From positions 12,210 through 76,209 of IMG/VR virus record IMGVR_UViG_3300012041_000002: a stretch of 64,000 nucleotides of DNA; one strand, 5' to 3'. A program made the position numbers and the translations under genes. The stretch comes from a virus. Lineage: Duplodnaviria > Caudoviricetes. A model generated the notes under the pieces. It was not told where the DNA came from. It made no database searches and worked only from the letters and a program-made list of their open reading frames with translations. Each line of letters starts with the position of its first letter. Position 1 is the first letter of the stretch. Below, in pieces: positions 1 through 9,204 of this stretch.

Positions 1-1
1 T

Positions 2-199
2 TATGGTTCTCCAGAACATACGTGGAGTGATGCTGAGTTGGCTTTCAAGGAGTGGGTACTCAGCTCGGGTATCCTGAGCATTTATCGGGACAAAGCCGCC
101 GAATATACCATGCGCATGGACGTAGCGACAGCCCAACATGCCCTGGCTAACCTGCCGGAAGAAGCCAGACAGAAAATTATAGAGCAGTTCAGTGGATAA
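2..199 (+). CDS. 3' end of a hypothetical protein running in from the window edge
   Basis: Open frame YGSPEHTWSDAELAFKEW...IIEQFSG* from base 2 to TAA at 197-199; not in the ORF track because it has no start here. Confidence 0.6.
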   Translation, partial: YGSPEHTWSDAELAFKEWVLSSGILSIYRDKAAEYTMRMDVATAQHALANLPEEARQKIIEQFSG

Positions 200-203
200 T
201 ACC

Positions 204-455
204 ATGCCTCGCTTAGGAAGTTTCTACTACACGGACAACGAGTGGGAGGTGCTCAAGTATGGGTTCAGCCTTGCCGAGCGTAACAAGGCCATTGAACTCA
301 TAGGGGCCGGCAAACCTGTTGACGAGGCGATTTCGTGGCACCGTAGATACTCACACAGATTGGGTACGTTGGAAGAATTAGCCCGGGCGGAAATAGACAG
401 ACGATGTATGGAGGAGGTGCAGCAATGCCTGATGAAACACTACCAGACGAGATAG
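204..455 (+). CDS. hypothetical protein
   Basis: ATG 204 (MPRLGSF...) 4 nt after the previous stop; part of a tightly packed + strand run. Confidence 0.6.
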   Translation: MPRLGSFYYTDNEWEVLKYGFSLAERNKAIELIGAGKPVDEAISWHRRYSHRLGTLEELARAEIDRRCMEEVQQCLMKHYQTR

Positions 456-703
456 GTTACACCAACCTGAATCTTGCGAAGATTTTAGGGTTTTACGCCA
501 CTCGAGTAGGTACCACCGACTACTGGAATGTATTCAACGATAGCAAGAGGCGCGTGGGAAGTATCAAACGAGAGAAGTGTAGCTTTCCCAAGTGCCCGAA
601 TGACAAGTTTACCGTACTCACCAACTTGGGGTATACGGACAATTCCAAGCATAACTCACTCGACAGGGCTGTGGAGTGGTTCGTGAAGAACGAAGGGAGG
701 TAG
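425..703 (+). CDS. hypothetical protein
   Basis: GGAGGAGG RBS before ATG 425 (MPDETLP...). Confidence 0.65.
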   Translation: MPDETLPDEIGYTNLNLAKILGFYATRVGTTDYWNVFNDSKRRVGSIKREKCSFPKCPNDKFTVLTNLGYTDNSKHNSLDRAVEWFVKNEGR

Positions 704-705
704 CT

Positions 706-948
706 ATGCCGAAGATTACACACCTGGAAGATGGCACCAAGGAGCTAAAGCTGGTTCTGGTGCTCAGGGAGATGCCTGAGTATGACGATACCTTTGCTAC
801 CTTTTCGGCCACCTTTGAGGGGTGGCGTGAAGATGTCGAGGCGCTGGCCCATGCCCCGGGAGAAGCAGCGTCCATTCTTGTCAACGCCATAGCGGAGGGT
901 ATAGACGAGGGCAAGGAAGATTTTTTAGCGTTGTTCGATAAGGAGTGA
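706..948 (+). CDS. hypothetical acidic protein
   Basis: GGGAGG RBS, ATG 706 (MPKITH...). Confidence 0.7.
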   Translation: MPKITHLEDGTKELKLVLVLREMPEYDDTFATFSATFEGWREDVEALAHAPGEAASILVNAIAEGIDEGKEDFLALFDKE

Positions 949-951
949 GAT

Positions 952-1212
952 ATGCCACAGTACGAGATTATGAAGGTGTCCACCGTCAAGGAGCGTTTTT
1001 ACATAGAGGCGCCCAATGAAAAGGAAGCTGTAGAGGCTGTCGAAGATAGGGACGCCGACGATGAGGATTGGAACCTCGACTATACATTCATACGTGGGTG
1101 TAAGTTTGAGGAAAAGGTATACGAATCGGTGTTGGGTAGCAGCTTCACTATCGGCAGCCGCCACTCAGACGAGGAATTTAGGGAGTACGTGGAGGAAGAA
1201 GATGCCGACTAG
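952..1212 (+). CDS. small acidic protein, DpnD/PcfM-like
   Basis: AAGGAG RBS; pattern Y-x-I...F-Y-I-E-A-x-x-E-x-E-A resembles the DpnD/PcfM-like family; apparent paralog of 3924-4247. Confidence 0.5.
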   Translation: MPQYEIMKVSTVKERFYIEAPNEKEAVEAVEDRDADDEDWNLDYTFIRGCKFEEKVYESVLGSSFTIGSRHSDEEFREYVEEEDAD

Positions 1213-1483
1213 CACTATTTTGTTTGACAACACAGCCTGCTCTCTGCCAATCCATGCGCTGGAATGCGAAGAACATGTGGAATTTCATCTCAAACCTATA
1301 GGCGTGGAGGTTGGGGTAGCTCACGGCACTATACAGCAAGCGATAGTCCTGCTGCAAATAATGTCTGTGGGGGTTAGGAATCGAGAGGATGGCACAGAGA
1401 ATTATGCTGAACTGGAGTCGTCTACGGAACCCCTGGTAATCAGGATTCCATACCAGGACATCGAGAAATACTTGGTTACGTAG
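1202..1483 (+). CDS. hypothetical protein
   Basis: GGAGG RBS, ATG 1202 overlapping the previous gene end. Confidence 0.6.
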   Translation: MPTSTILFDNTACSLPIHALECEEHVEFHLKPIGVEVGVAHGTIQQAIVLLQIMSVGVRNREDGTENYAELESSTEPLVIRIPYQDIEKYLVT

Positions 1484-1539
1484 AAGTGCCTATAAGCCCG
1501 GCCTGAACAACCGGGTTTCGCAAATGAGGGTAGACATAG

Positions 1540-2247
1540 ATGCTAAAAAAGCCCATTCTGCGCGGGAGGTTATCTCGCGCCGTTGAGAGAACTGGAAATT
1601 CCAAACTAGGTGACGCCGCGGCCACCTATGTATCTAAAATCACCTGTCCTGTAGAATGCCCTTTGCTGAACAATGGCTGTTACGCACAGGGTGGACGGGT
1701 AGCCCTACAAACCCGAGAACTGAACTCCGACACCGAAGGTTACACACCCAAAGATGCGGCCATCGAAGAAGCTGGCTTTATCCGAACGTTGGCGGCGCTT
1801 ACTCGTCGCCCCCTGCGGTTACATGTTGATGGTGACTCACCCACAGATGAGTGCGCCAGTATCGTCGGCGAAGCTGCCGAGGAGTATCACGGCTGGGTTT
1901 GGACATATACACACGCATGGAGGCGTGTGAAGCGAATAAGTTGGAGGAAGAAAGTATCGGTTCTGGCTTCATGTGAGAACATGGGCCAGGTTGAGAAGGC
2001 CCACAAGCGCGGCTATGGAGCAGCTATAGTAGTGCCTGACTTTCCCAACGGTAAAAAAGCGTGGAAAGAGGGTGATTTCACCCTCATACCATGCCCGAAT
2101 ATGTCGGACAAAACCATCACCTGCACCGACTGCCGGCTATGCTTCAACGATACCGGGCTGCACGAACGCAAAGCTGTGATTGCGTTCAAGGTGCATGGTA
2201 ATCGCAAGAAGCGAGCAATTGAAGTGATACAGGAGGCATTCAAATGA
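1540..2247 (+). CDS. Gp88-like / degenerate radical-SAM-like Cys-rich phage protein
   Basis: TCPVECPLLNNGCYA (CxxxC..CY), RLHVDGD, WTYTH, SCE, CP..TCTDCRLC, AFKVHG motifs typical of this phage family. Confidence 0.65.
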   Translation: MLKKPILRGRLSRAVERTGNSKLGDAAATYVSKITCPVECPLLNNGCYAQGGRVALQTRELNSDTEGYTPKDAAIEEAGFIRTLAALTRRPLRLHVDGDSPTDECASIVGEAAEEYHGWVWTYTHAWRRVKRISWRKKVSVLASCENMGQVEKAHKRGYGAAIVVPDFPNGKKAWKEGDFTLIPCPNMSDKTITCTDCRLCFNDTGLHERKAVIAFKVHGNRKKRAIEVIQEAFK

Positions 2248-2471
2248 GCAACACAGAATACGTAGAGGTTAGTCACTTCACCCCCAACCATACCATACAG
2301 GTGAACTGCCTCGGTGGGTTGGTTGAGATACGAATAGAACAAACCGTCACTGGCCGCAGAGTAGTAATCATAAACCTCATAGACGACTATAGCTACTCAA
2401 TCCTTCCTGTGTGGGAAGTATGCGCGGGGGGAACGAAACTGAGGATTGACAACATTCTGGATTATGACTGA
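2244..2471 (+). CDS. hypothetical protein
   Basis: ATGA overlap with the upstream gene, GGAGG RBS. Confidence 0.6.
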   Translation: MSNTEYVEVSHFTPNHTIQVNCLGGLVEIRIEQTVTGRRVVIINLIDDYSYSILPVWEVCAGGTKLRIDNILDYD

Positions 2472-2483
2472 GAGGAGTGGTAT

Positions 2484-2762
2484 ATGGATAGGCTAATTTT
2501 GGAAGCTGGTGTTTTGAAGCGCATCCACGTCAACAAGCACGTCATAGCCTCAAATCGCAAGCACGGTACCCAGGAGCCGGTGTACACCACCAAGTGTAAG
2601 GGCAAGACTTACATCAGTGAGTCTGTACACATAGAAGGCCCCTCGAAGGCAATCTATACCCCGGAAAAGCCACTGTCCTGTGGAGCAGTGGCCTACATAA
2701 CCACTGTGGGGGCAGTCTGCCTCATCAATGTGAAGGTTAAGGAAAAAGTATGCTCACTGTAG
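2484..2762 (+). CDS. conserved phage hypothetical protein
   Basis: KRIHVNKHVI..N.K...EPV...GPS..IY.P.KPLSCGA motif, recognisable from many phage genomes; AGGAG RBS. Confidence 0.75.
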   Translation: MDRLILEAGVLKRIHVNKHVIASNRKHGTQEPVYTTKCKGKTYISESVHIEGPSKAIYTPEKPLSCGAVAYITTVGAVCLINVKVKEKVCSL

Positions 2763-3088
2763 ATAATCTTACGCACACACCATACCCAACACGCAGCCGG
2801 TACATCAACAGCTTCACCTACTTGCAGGGTGTCCTCGAGCAGAAACGAAACTTCATTTGCACGTTCAGAGTGGATGAGCAAAGCCTGGGTGCATGGGGGA
2901 TGGTGCGTATCTACTTCTTGCACGATGAAGCTCCTGTAGAGATTACCGAGCATGTTGCCAACATTCTGGACTACGGCTGCTGTGGTGAGGGCATATTCGT
3001 GTCTCCCCAGCATAGGTATTCCATACCGGGAATGGTGGGTAGACTCCTGTTCGACAATGTGAGCAAATTCTATGCAGCCTGGCTGTGA
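2750..3088 (+). CDS. hypothetical protein
   Basis: ORF track; coupled to neighbours. Confidence 0.6.
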   Translation: MLTVDNLTHTPYPTRSRYINSFTYLQGVLEQKRNFICTFRVDEQSLGAWGMVRIYFLHDEAPVEITEHVANILDYGCCGEGIFVSPQHRYSIPGMVGRLLFDNVSKFYAAWL

Positions 3089-3115
3089 TAAGCAGTCAAG
3101 GGTAAGGAGTGAGGG

Positions 3116-3415
3116 ATGGGGAGCAAGAAATCGAAAACTCAGGTGTACCTGGGCTGCAAAGTGTTCTTCATAGAGATGCCATCGAACGGTACAAAACATG
3201 GTATAAGGCTCATCAGCAACGAGGAGAAGTTCTGGGACTTGCTAACTTACGACGAAGCGTTCTATGAGCCGGAGGGCCCACTGGTAAACGGACTTTATGT
3301 AGTGAAGGTGTACCCAGAAATCTCCGATGAGTACGCCATCAAACATATACGTAAGTGCATCAAGAAGGCCGGGCTAACCCCGATGGGCCTGATTGGCACG
3401 AGTGGTAAGGAGTAG
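3116..3415 (+). CDS. hypothetical protein
   Basis: AAGGAG/GAGG RBS. Confidence 0.65.
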   Translation: MGSKKSKTQVYLGCKVFFIEMPSNGTKHGIRLISNEEKFWDLLTYDEAFYEPEGPLVNGLYVVKVYPEISDEYAIKHIRKCIKKAGLTPMGLIGTSGKE

Positions 3416-3417
3416 AT

Positions 3418-3630
3418 ATGGATACGAAGCTGGAAGAGTTGAAGGCACTGCTCGACACCTTTCGAGGGTGTGATGCTAGTGCCGTATGTGCTTTCCTGCC
3501 CTACGAAAGTAGCTACAAGAAGATGTCCAAGAGGACAGCTCGCTTCTATCGCCTGATAAACGAGCTGATGCTCGTCATGCGTGACGATGGGCGGCCTTAT
3601 TACATATTCGAGGAGGACGAAGATGCCTAA
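3418..3630 (+). CDS. hypothetical protein
   Basis: AAGGAG RBS; fills the gap exactly. Confidence 0.65.
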   Translation: MDTKLEELKALLDTFRGCDASAVCAFLPYESSYKKMSKRTARFYRLINELMLVMRDDGRPYYIFEEDEDA

Positions 3631-3931
3631 AATAGGAAAGTACGTGCTCAAGAGTGACGACTACAATGATTATTCCCTTGTGGGGAGTTCAGTGTGGATA
3701 AGTGTTGACAATATCAGCGTTTACATACGTCGCCGGTTGGGGGATAGTGGGGTGTATGTTGAATTGATGCCTCGTGGGTATGAGGCTAACGTTGATGGCA
3801 TCCTGAATGAAGCCTCGGCTTCGTCCGAGGACGCGCAGCGATACATAGACAGGAAAGTGCTAGAAGAGGAAGCTGCTCGTGAGGAAATTGAGCTGGCGGA
3901 AGCTGCTCGAGAGAAGGCCGAAGATGCCTAA
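3623..3931 (+). CDS. hypothetical protein
   Basis: GAGGAGG RBS, ATGCCTAA overlap (MPKIGK...). Confidence 0.65.
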   Translation: MPKIGKYVLKSDDYNDYSLVGSSVWISVDNISVYIRRRLGDSGVYVELMPRGYEANVDGILNEASASSEDAQRYIDRKVLEEEAAREEIELAEAAREKAEDA

Positions 3932-4247
3932 ATATAACGTCCATATATACACCATCGTGCGTGTGAAGGTGTGCGGTGTAGAGGCCGAGTCGCCGGTGGA
4001 AGCCATTGAAGAAGCCAGAAAGAAACCCCACTACTACGACTTGTTCGACTATATACCAAACCTGAAACAGTATGGTGTGCGTGAGGCGGGGTGGGGTGCG
4101 AAGCATGACGGCTATCTGGTGGACGAAGAGGGTGACGAGGAGTATGAGAACTCCAAGTATTACAAGGACATCGGCGGCAACCCCGTAGAGGAGGTAGTGC
4201 CAACCTATGACGAACTCATCGAAGCTGACGGTACGCAGGCGCCGTAG
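3924..4247 (+). CDS. small acidic protein, DpnD/PcfM-like
   Basis: ATGCCTAA overlap; KYNVHIY...VEAESPVEAIEEA pattern like 952-1212. Confidence 0.55.
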   Translation: MPKYNVHIYTIVRVKVCGVEAESPVEAIEEARKKPHYYDLFDYIPNLKQYGVREAGWGAKHDGYLVDEEGDEEYENSKYYKDIGGNPVEEVVPTYDELIEADGTQAP

Positions 4248-4473
4248 GCTAAACTCGGCCAACATACGTGTGTACAGGACTAATGATGCCGGTACCGGGT
4301 TTCGTTACGAAGCTCAGGATAGTGCCGGAAAGCTGATTGGGGGTTGTGCGGAAACCGCACTCTCTGGCAGTGAGGGTAGCAGGCGCTCGGCTCTTATGGC
4401 TGTTGTGCGGTGCGTGGAGGATACCGGAAGGTTTGACAGGGTTTCCCTGCCCACCGAGCTTACAGAACTCTAG
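4207..4473 (+). CDS. hypothetical protein (start uncertain)
   Basis: ORF track; fills the gap before the 4481 promoter. Confidence 0.45.
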   Translation: MTNSSKLTVRRRRRLNSANIRVYRTNDAGTGFRYEAQDSAGKLIGGCAETALSGSEGSRRSALMAVVRCVEDTGRFDRVSLPTELTEL

Positions 4474-4480
4474 CATAACG

Positions 4481-4504
4481 CTCAAATATTTGATATAATT
4501 TGAG
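4481..4504 (+). promoter_or_regulatory. extended -10 promoter (TGnTATAAT 4491-4499) overlapped by a palindromic operator candidate
   Basis: CTCAAATATTTGATATAATTTGAG: internal palindrome TCAAATATTTGA plus outer CTCAAAT/ATTTGAG arms. Confidence 0.55.
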
Positions 4505-4524
4505 TGACACTCAAAGGAGGTAGG

Positions 4525-4857
4525 ATGTCTGATTACTTGTTTACAAGACAGTTCTTTGGTTACGCAGACACCGACAAGAAGCGTACCGTAGAGGATAGGT
4601 TGCAAGAGGCGATGCTCAGGTATACGGAAAAGTACGGCAACCAGCCCGATATGATAGTGGTGAACGCATCGGACGTCGAGCAACTTGTTGCGGAGATGCG
4701 CAATAAGCCTTTCTTGGTAGAGGGGCAGCCACCTGCCGAGGCACCCCTTGATGCCATGGCCGAGGTTGGTAAGTTCTGCGGAGTGGGTGTCTACACCCGG
4801 CCATACATACGCCCCGGCCACTTTTGGCTGGGTATCCATGAGGAGAAAGTAGCATGA
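4525..4857 (+). CDS. hypothetical protein
   Basis: AAAGGAGG RBS, ATG 4525 (MSDYLF...). Confidence 0.7.
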   Translation: MSDYLFTRQFFGYADTDKKRTVEDRLQEAMLRYTEKYGNQPDMIVVNASDVEQLVAEMRNKPFLVEGQPPAEAPLDAMAEVGKFCGVGVYTRPYIRPGHFWLGIHEEKVA

Positions 4858-5060
4858 GTTGGGACGACATAGACGACGATAATTACTCAGACGGTATGAC
4901 ACCCCCACACTACAATGCCGGCAACGCCGGCTGGATACCACTCGACGATGATAGGAACTTTGACAGCTACTGCACATGTGGATGCCAATGTGAGCAGAAA
5001 GTTGAAGATGAGGGAAGGTGTGAGGACTGCCGCAAGGGTAACCACGTAGAGGCTTGTTGA
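4854..5060 (+). CDS. small Cys-rich (zinc-binding) protein
   Basis: CTCGCQC...CEDC..GNH; ATGA overlap. Confidence 0.6.
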   Translation: MSWDDIDDDNYSDGMTPPHYNAGNAGWIPLDDDRNFDSYCTCGCQCEQKVEDEGRCEDCRKGNHVEAC

Positions 5061-5278
5061 TAATGTGTGCCAAACCGTGGAGTGAGGCAGCGCACCTCAC
5101 TCGCCTGGACAAGCATATCAGCAAATGCTTCGATATGAACACCCCGGCCTCGAAGAGCAGTTCAGAACGTTTCCGTAAATGGTACGAGAAACGTAGCCAG
5201 GAGCCGGGATTTGTCGAAGAGTTCAAGGAATACAAGCGCAACAAGATGCGCGAGTATCGAACAAAAAGGAGAAAGTAA
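5054..5278 (+). CDS. small basic helical protein
   Basis: C-terminal FRKWYEKR...YKRNKMREYRTKRRK. Confidence 0.5.
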   Translation: MLIMCAKPWSEAAHLTRLDKHISKCFDMNTPASKSSSERFRKWYEKRSQEPGFVEEFKEYKRNKMREYRTKRRK

Positions 5279-6024
5279 TGACTAGCTTTGCGATACCAGT
5301 ACAACGCGGCTGTGGGAGCCGCCAGAAGGGGGGCGTTTACTTCGAGACTGCCCATGGCCCCGGAGGAAAGCCTGTGGAGTTCTTCCTGATAGACTCTCCC
5401 CTGCCGGTGCCCGCGGAACTGAACCTCTCTTCCATAGGGGTGCAGCTCGTGGAGTTCAACGGTGTCTACCACCTGATAGATGTCGTGGGCAAGGAGTATT
5501 ACCCGAACGTGGCCGATTTTGTAGAGGAGGTGCGCAGGTTTGGGGTGTCTCGCCGGCTACCTTCTTCGCTCGACTTTTCGAAGATTACTCCCGAAACCAA
5601 CCTTTATGCAGTGCATGACAGGGCCATAGTCAAAAACACCGGTGACTGGTTTGAGTATCCGGGCAACGAGTCTCCTGTCTGCCCCAAGGGGCTGGAGAAC
5701 CACCCTCGAGGCGTGGAGTGCTGCGCCTGGGTGTGGTGGAATGATGTGGAAGGTGGGCACACACCCTCGCTGGCCGACTCCCTATTCGGCCCGGAAGAGT
5801 TGACAGACGTGTATGATTTGGAAAAAACCCGCATAGTGCGGGCTATGCCCTCGTTCACCTACCGGGCACACTCTCGCCCGGAGAAGATTACCCCCAACTA
5901 TGAGAGGGGCTTCTTCGCACGCTTCCCCATTGGTAGGCTGGTGGTGGTGAAGGGTGAGGATAACACCGAAAAGTTAGACAAGGTGCGCAAGGCACACACG
6001 CTGGTGGAGGAAGTGGATGAGTAA
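5278..6024 (+). CDS. conserved hypothetical protein
   Basis: 248 aa, TAATG coupling, well-ordered N-terminal domain (RGCG.R.KGG.Y...D.VG..YYP.VADF.EE.RR.G.SRR). Confidence 0.8.
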   Translation: MTSFAIPVQRGCGSRQKGGVYFETAHGPGGKPVEFFLIDSPLPVPAELNLSSIGVQLVEFNGVYHLIDVVGKEYYPNVADFVEEVRRFGVSRRLPSSLDFSKITPETNLYAVHDRAIVKNTGDWFEYPGNESPVCPKGLENHPRGVECCAWVWWNDVEGGHTPSLADSLFGPEELTDVYDLEKTRIVRAMPSFTYRAHSRPEKITPNYERGFFARFPIGRLVVVKGEDNTEKLDKVRKAHTLVEEVDE

Positions 6025-6526
6025 ATCTACCACAGCGCAACGTATCGCCACCCTGGAAAATGCTCTGAAAGAAACCCTGTGGATGGCGAGGAGATATGCC
6101 GATGGCCGCGCTACTTACGCGGCCAGCTCCTACAATTCCGTAGTTCGACAGTTACTGGAACTGGGGGTGAGCCTGCCAAAAACGGACGGCACACTTTGGG
6201 CGCGTGATGGGATGGGGCGCAGGTATGATGGGCTGACTGACGCCGAGGCCGAGGAAGGCGCCAAACCACCAGATTGGCGTGAGGTGCTCAACACCCAGAT
6301 ACAGCTAAGGTTGCAGGAGAGGGTGTGGGAATTAGAGGGGGCGCTCGATAGGGTTGATTGGAGAGATGTGGGCCCCATAAACAACGATATGTGCAGGGAG
6401 TGTGAGGCCACCATTGACGCCGAAACCCAAGAATTAGCTGACGGGAGCGGGTGGGATTACATAGTCCACAAAGCCGACTGCCCTATAGCCGTACTAAAAG
6501 GAGTGAAAAGTGAGAAAACTATCTGA
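6017..6526 (+). CDS. hypothetical protein
   Basis: GGAGG RBS; C-terminal C..C...H..DC Zn-like motif. Confidence 0.7.
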   Translation: MSKSTTAQRIATLENALKETLWMARRYADGRATYAASSYNSVVRQLLELGVSLPKTDGTLWARDGMGRRYDGLTDAEAEEGAKPPDWREVLNTQIQLRLQERVWELEGALDRVDWRDVGPINNDMCRECEATIDAETQELADGSGWDYIVHKADCPIAVLKGVKSEKTI

Positions 6527-6890
6527 ACTGATACATGAGGGTAGCCAGTGCCGCCCGCAAGGCTTCAATGGCTTCGTACAACTAGCCGGGGAGAATGACG
6601 AAATACGCACCTGTGCCATCGGCGCCGCTATGGAGGCTGTTGCTTCTGCTCCAACCCGTGATGGTTGTTCCTATTCATTCCATAGTTGGGAATCGAAAGG
6701 GTATACAGGGTTACGCGAAGCACTTGGGATAGACATAGAGGACGATGATGAAGCCAGCATACCCTACCCACCAGAGTTAGGTTACAAGAGAGAACGCGAC
6801 TGTATTCTGGAGGTTGTCGCTGTTCTGAACGATGAATATAAGTGGACGCGAGAGAAGATAGCCGATTACCTCGAAAGTATAGGATATTAG
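6510..6890 (+). CDS. DUF6197-like phage protein
   Basis: CAIGA ... LNDEYKWTREKIADYLE pattern; AAGGAG RBS. Confidence 0.55.
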   Translation: MRKLSELIHEGSQCRPQGFNGFVQLAGENDEIRTCAIGAAMEAVASAPTRDGCSYSFHSWESKGYTGLREALGIDIEDDDEASIPYPPELGYKRERDCILEVVAVLNDEYKWTREKIADYLESIGY

Positions 6891-6898
6891 GGGGAACC

Positions 6899-7126
6899 AT
6901 GAAACTCGCTATGTCACCGGAAGAGTTTAGCGCGTGGCTTGAGAGGGAAAACTCCTGGCAATTCCCGGCCAAACCATACACAGATTGGCAGTGGTGGCTC
7001 GCAAGGGTTGATACACTAGCCAACCAGGAGATTACCCAACAGACAACCCTCAAAGAATTATCAGAAATCCATGATGCACGTTACATACTTGAACGCTTCG
7101 CAGCGTTCTCCGAAAAGCCCACTTAG
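6899..7126 (+). CDS. hypothetical protein
   Basis: AGGGGG RBS, ATG 6899. Confidence 0.65.
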   Translation: MKLAMSPEEFSAWLERENSWQFPAKPYTDWQWWLARVDTLANQEITQQTTLKELSEIHDARYILERFAAFSEKPT

Positions 7127-7135
7127 GAGGAACAA

Positions 7136-7969
7136 ATGAACACCGTAATCGAAGAAACAACCCAACTCAAACTAACCCCGGACACCCCTTACACACCTGA
7201 ACTACGCAGCATCTTCCTGACGCTGCTGCCACCAGACGAGGAGATATTTAGCAAGGAGCCGTCGCCTTCATTCGTGCGCAGCGTCGAGGCTTTTGGGGTG
7301 CTGCAACCTATCGGAGTGGTGCCCAGCACCGTATCCCCAGGTGGGTATGAGATAGGATTCGGCAGGCGCCGCGTCAAGTCTGCCCGCAAGGTAGGTATGC
7401 TGGAGATACCTGCTCTGGTGTTTCCCGAGGGCACACCGCTGCATATCCTGGCCGAGATAGAGAACAACCAGCGCTCTACTGACAAAACTCAGGACTTGCG
7501 CTTCATTTCTCAAATGGTTCGTGACGGGGCAGACGAGAAGGAAATCTCCAACATCACTGGCATGGCGATACCCACTATACGTAAGATGCTGCGCTTCACT
7601 TCGCTGGTGCCGGAGCTGCAAGAAGCCTTTATGGACGGGCGCATGGCCCTGACTGCCGCTGAGAGGGCTGTGAGACTGCCCAAGAGCAGCCAGCAGGAGC
7701 TGGTGGGGGTGCTGGAACAGGCGGGCAAACTCACCGAAAAGGATGTCCACACAGCCAACAAGGTATCCTCGGCAGCAGCTCTGCAATCCGTAAGTAGCCT
7801 GTTCGATGCAGCCCCGGAAGAGGTGCCCTGGTACATGCGCGTCAAGGACGACATCACCCGAGCCCTCGGCGCCATACACCCGGCACACCCACGCCGGGCG
7901 GAGTGGGAGAGAAAGTTGGAGGAGCTGGTGGGGGAAATCTACGCAGACGGAGCAAAGTACAATGCCTAA
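7136..7969 (+). CDS. ParB/RepB/Spo0J-family protein
   Basis: SVEAFGVLQPIGV..GYEIGFGRRRVKSA..EIENNQR (ParB N-terminal GxRRxxA and ENxQR), then HTH EKEISNITGMAIPTIRKML. Confidence 0.85.
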   Translation: MNTVIEETTQLKLTPDTPYTPELRSIFLTLLPPDEEIFSKEPSPSFVRSVEAFGVLQPIGVVPSTVSPGGYEIGFGRRRVKSARKVGMLEIPALVFPEGTPLHILAEIENNQRSTDKTQDLRFISQMVRDGADEKEISNITGMAIPTIRKMLRFTSLVPELQEAFMDGRMALTAAERAVRLPKSSQQELVGVLEQAGKLTEKDVHTANKVSSAAALQSVSSLFDAAPEEVPWYMRVKDDITRALGAIHPAHPRRAEWERKLEELVGEIYADGAKYNA

Positions 7970-8465
7970 ACATATGTACGAAGTATACAATTTGCTAGGG
8001 GTTGTCGAGATAAACGTAGCTCTGGCCTGGGCGCTTATCGAGTCTGACGGCAGAGAGCCCAGCGGGTACGCCGATGTGCAGGAGCAGGGGCTCAAAATGT
8101 TCGGGCCACTGGTGGAGGAAGAGGAAGCTCCCAAATACATAAACCTGTTCTCTTACTATGTGGACAAAGAAAAAGCCCTCACCGACGAATCCGTAGATGT
8201 CACAGTGCCGGTGATTCTCGCGGATATTGGGGAGTACGGCACCCCTATTATCGATGGTGTCCATCGCATGTATAAGGCGTATGCCACCGGGGTAGAAACT
8301 ATACCGGTGCATAAACTGTCTGCGATAGAAACCTACTGTCTCATGGGAGAGGGCAGGAGCCTTCTCTTCCACAATGATGGGCAAACACGCAACAATAGTC
8401 GCATAGAAGAGATAAAGCAACTCCAGAAGAAGCTCAAGCCGCTGAAAGGAGCGATAGCAGCATGA
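7962..8465 (+). CDS. ParB/Sulfiredoxin-like N-terminal domain protein
   Basis: PVILA..IIDGVHRMYKA...ETIPV motif (DGxHR). Confidence 0.7.
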   Translation: MPKHMYEVYNLLGVVEINVALAWALIESDGREPSGYADVQEQGLKMFGPLVEEEEAPKYINLFSYYVDKEKALTDESVDVTVPVILADIGEYGTPIIDGVHRMYKAYATGVETIPVHKLSAIETYCLMGEGRSLLFHNDGQTRNNSRIEEIKQLQKKLKPLKGAIAA

Positions 8466-8803
8466 TGAAAGCATCAGAACTGTTACGAGAAACACGAAAA
8501 CTCATCGAAAAACCCGAAAACTGGACAACCGGCGCCTGGGCAAAGGACGCCAAAGGCAAGAATACACACGAAACCAGCCCAAACGCGGTTTGTTGGTGTG
8601 CCTTCGGGGCGTTCCTGAAAGCATCGGATGCGGCTTATAACTCTGGCGAGTATAGAGAGCAACTTTACTTCGCTGCGGAGGCTCTAACCAAGTGTGCTGG
8701 TGGTAGTGTCATAACCTTCAACGATTTGCACACCCACGAAGAGGTACTGGCCCTGTTTGACACCACTATAGCACAGCTGGAAGCTGTCGAGGCAGCAGCA
8801 TGA
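8462..8803 (+). CDS. DUF6197-like phage protein
   Basis: WTTGAWAKD..CWCAFGA..ITFND..THEEVLALFD. Confidence 0.65.
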   Translation: MMKASELLRETRKLIEKPENWTTGAWAKDAKGKNTHETSPNAVCWCAFGAFLKASDAAYNSGEYREQLYFAAEALTKCAGGSVITFNDLHTHEEVLALFDTTIAQLEAVEAAA

Positions 8804-9204
8804 GCCTCATACTTCCACCGCACGTCGAAGAAGCACGACGTAAGCAGTCTCTGGCAGGCACCTACACCCCTCTTCCCTTACCCTCAGAAGTCAAGGAGGT
8901 ACTCCTGCCCAACGGAGTGAAACTCCGACAGAGGGAAATAGTGCGAATGTCCAACGGAGAGCCGGGGGTGTGGTATGTAGCTTCACGTACCGGCCTGCGT
9001 GTACTGGCAACCACCCGTGTACAGGAGGAATCCAGGATACTGCTAGTCTCCCTGTCCTACAAGAATAAGCCACCCTCTCTGGCAGACGTCTGGAATGTAC
9101 GGGCAGGTTTCTACCCTAACGAAGTGCCGGTAGTTATATATGTCGGCGATAAATTTGCCGACGATGCCGAGCATAATGTGGTGGAGTTGAGGCAGGCCGG
9201 GTAA
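8800..9204 (+). CDS. hypothetical protein (DUF7694-like)
   Basis: GLRVLAT..VSLSYKNKPPSLADV..VRAGFY..HNVVEL pattern. Confidence 0.45.
   Translation: MSLILPPHVEEARRKQSLAGTYTPLPLPSEVKEVLLPNGVKLRQREIVRMSNGEPGVWYVASRTGLRVLATTRVQEESRILLVSLSYKNKPPSLADVWNVRAGFYPNEVPVVIYVGDKFADDAEHNVVELRQAG

Noticed and set aside
1494-1518. Hairpin AAGCCCGG/CCGGGTTT before the Gp88-like gene
   Set aside because: Short stem with a 9-nt loop and weak U-tract; not enough to call a terminator
4249-5472. 407-aa - strand ORF and many similar long antisense ORFs (e.g. 7268-8140, 21411-22139, 46056-47174, 50113-51126, 54867-55811)
   Set aside because: They lie opposite well-supported genes, lack RBSs and motifs, and are explained as codon-bias shadows
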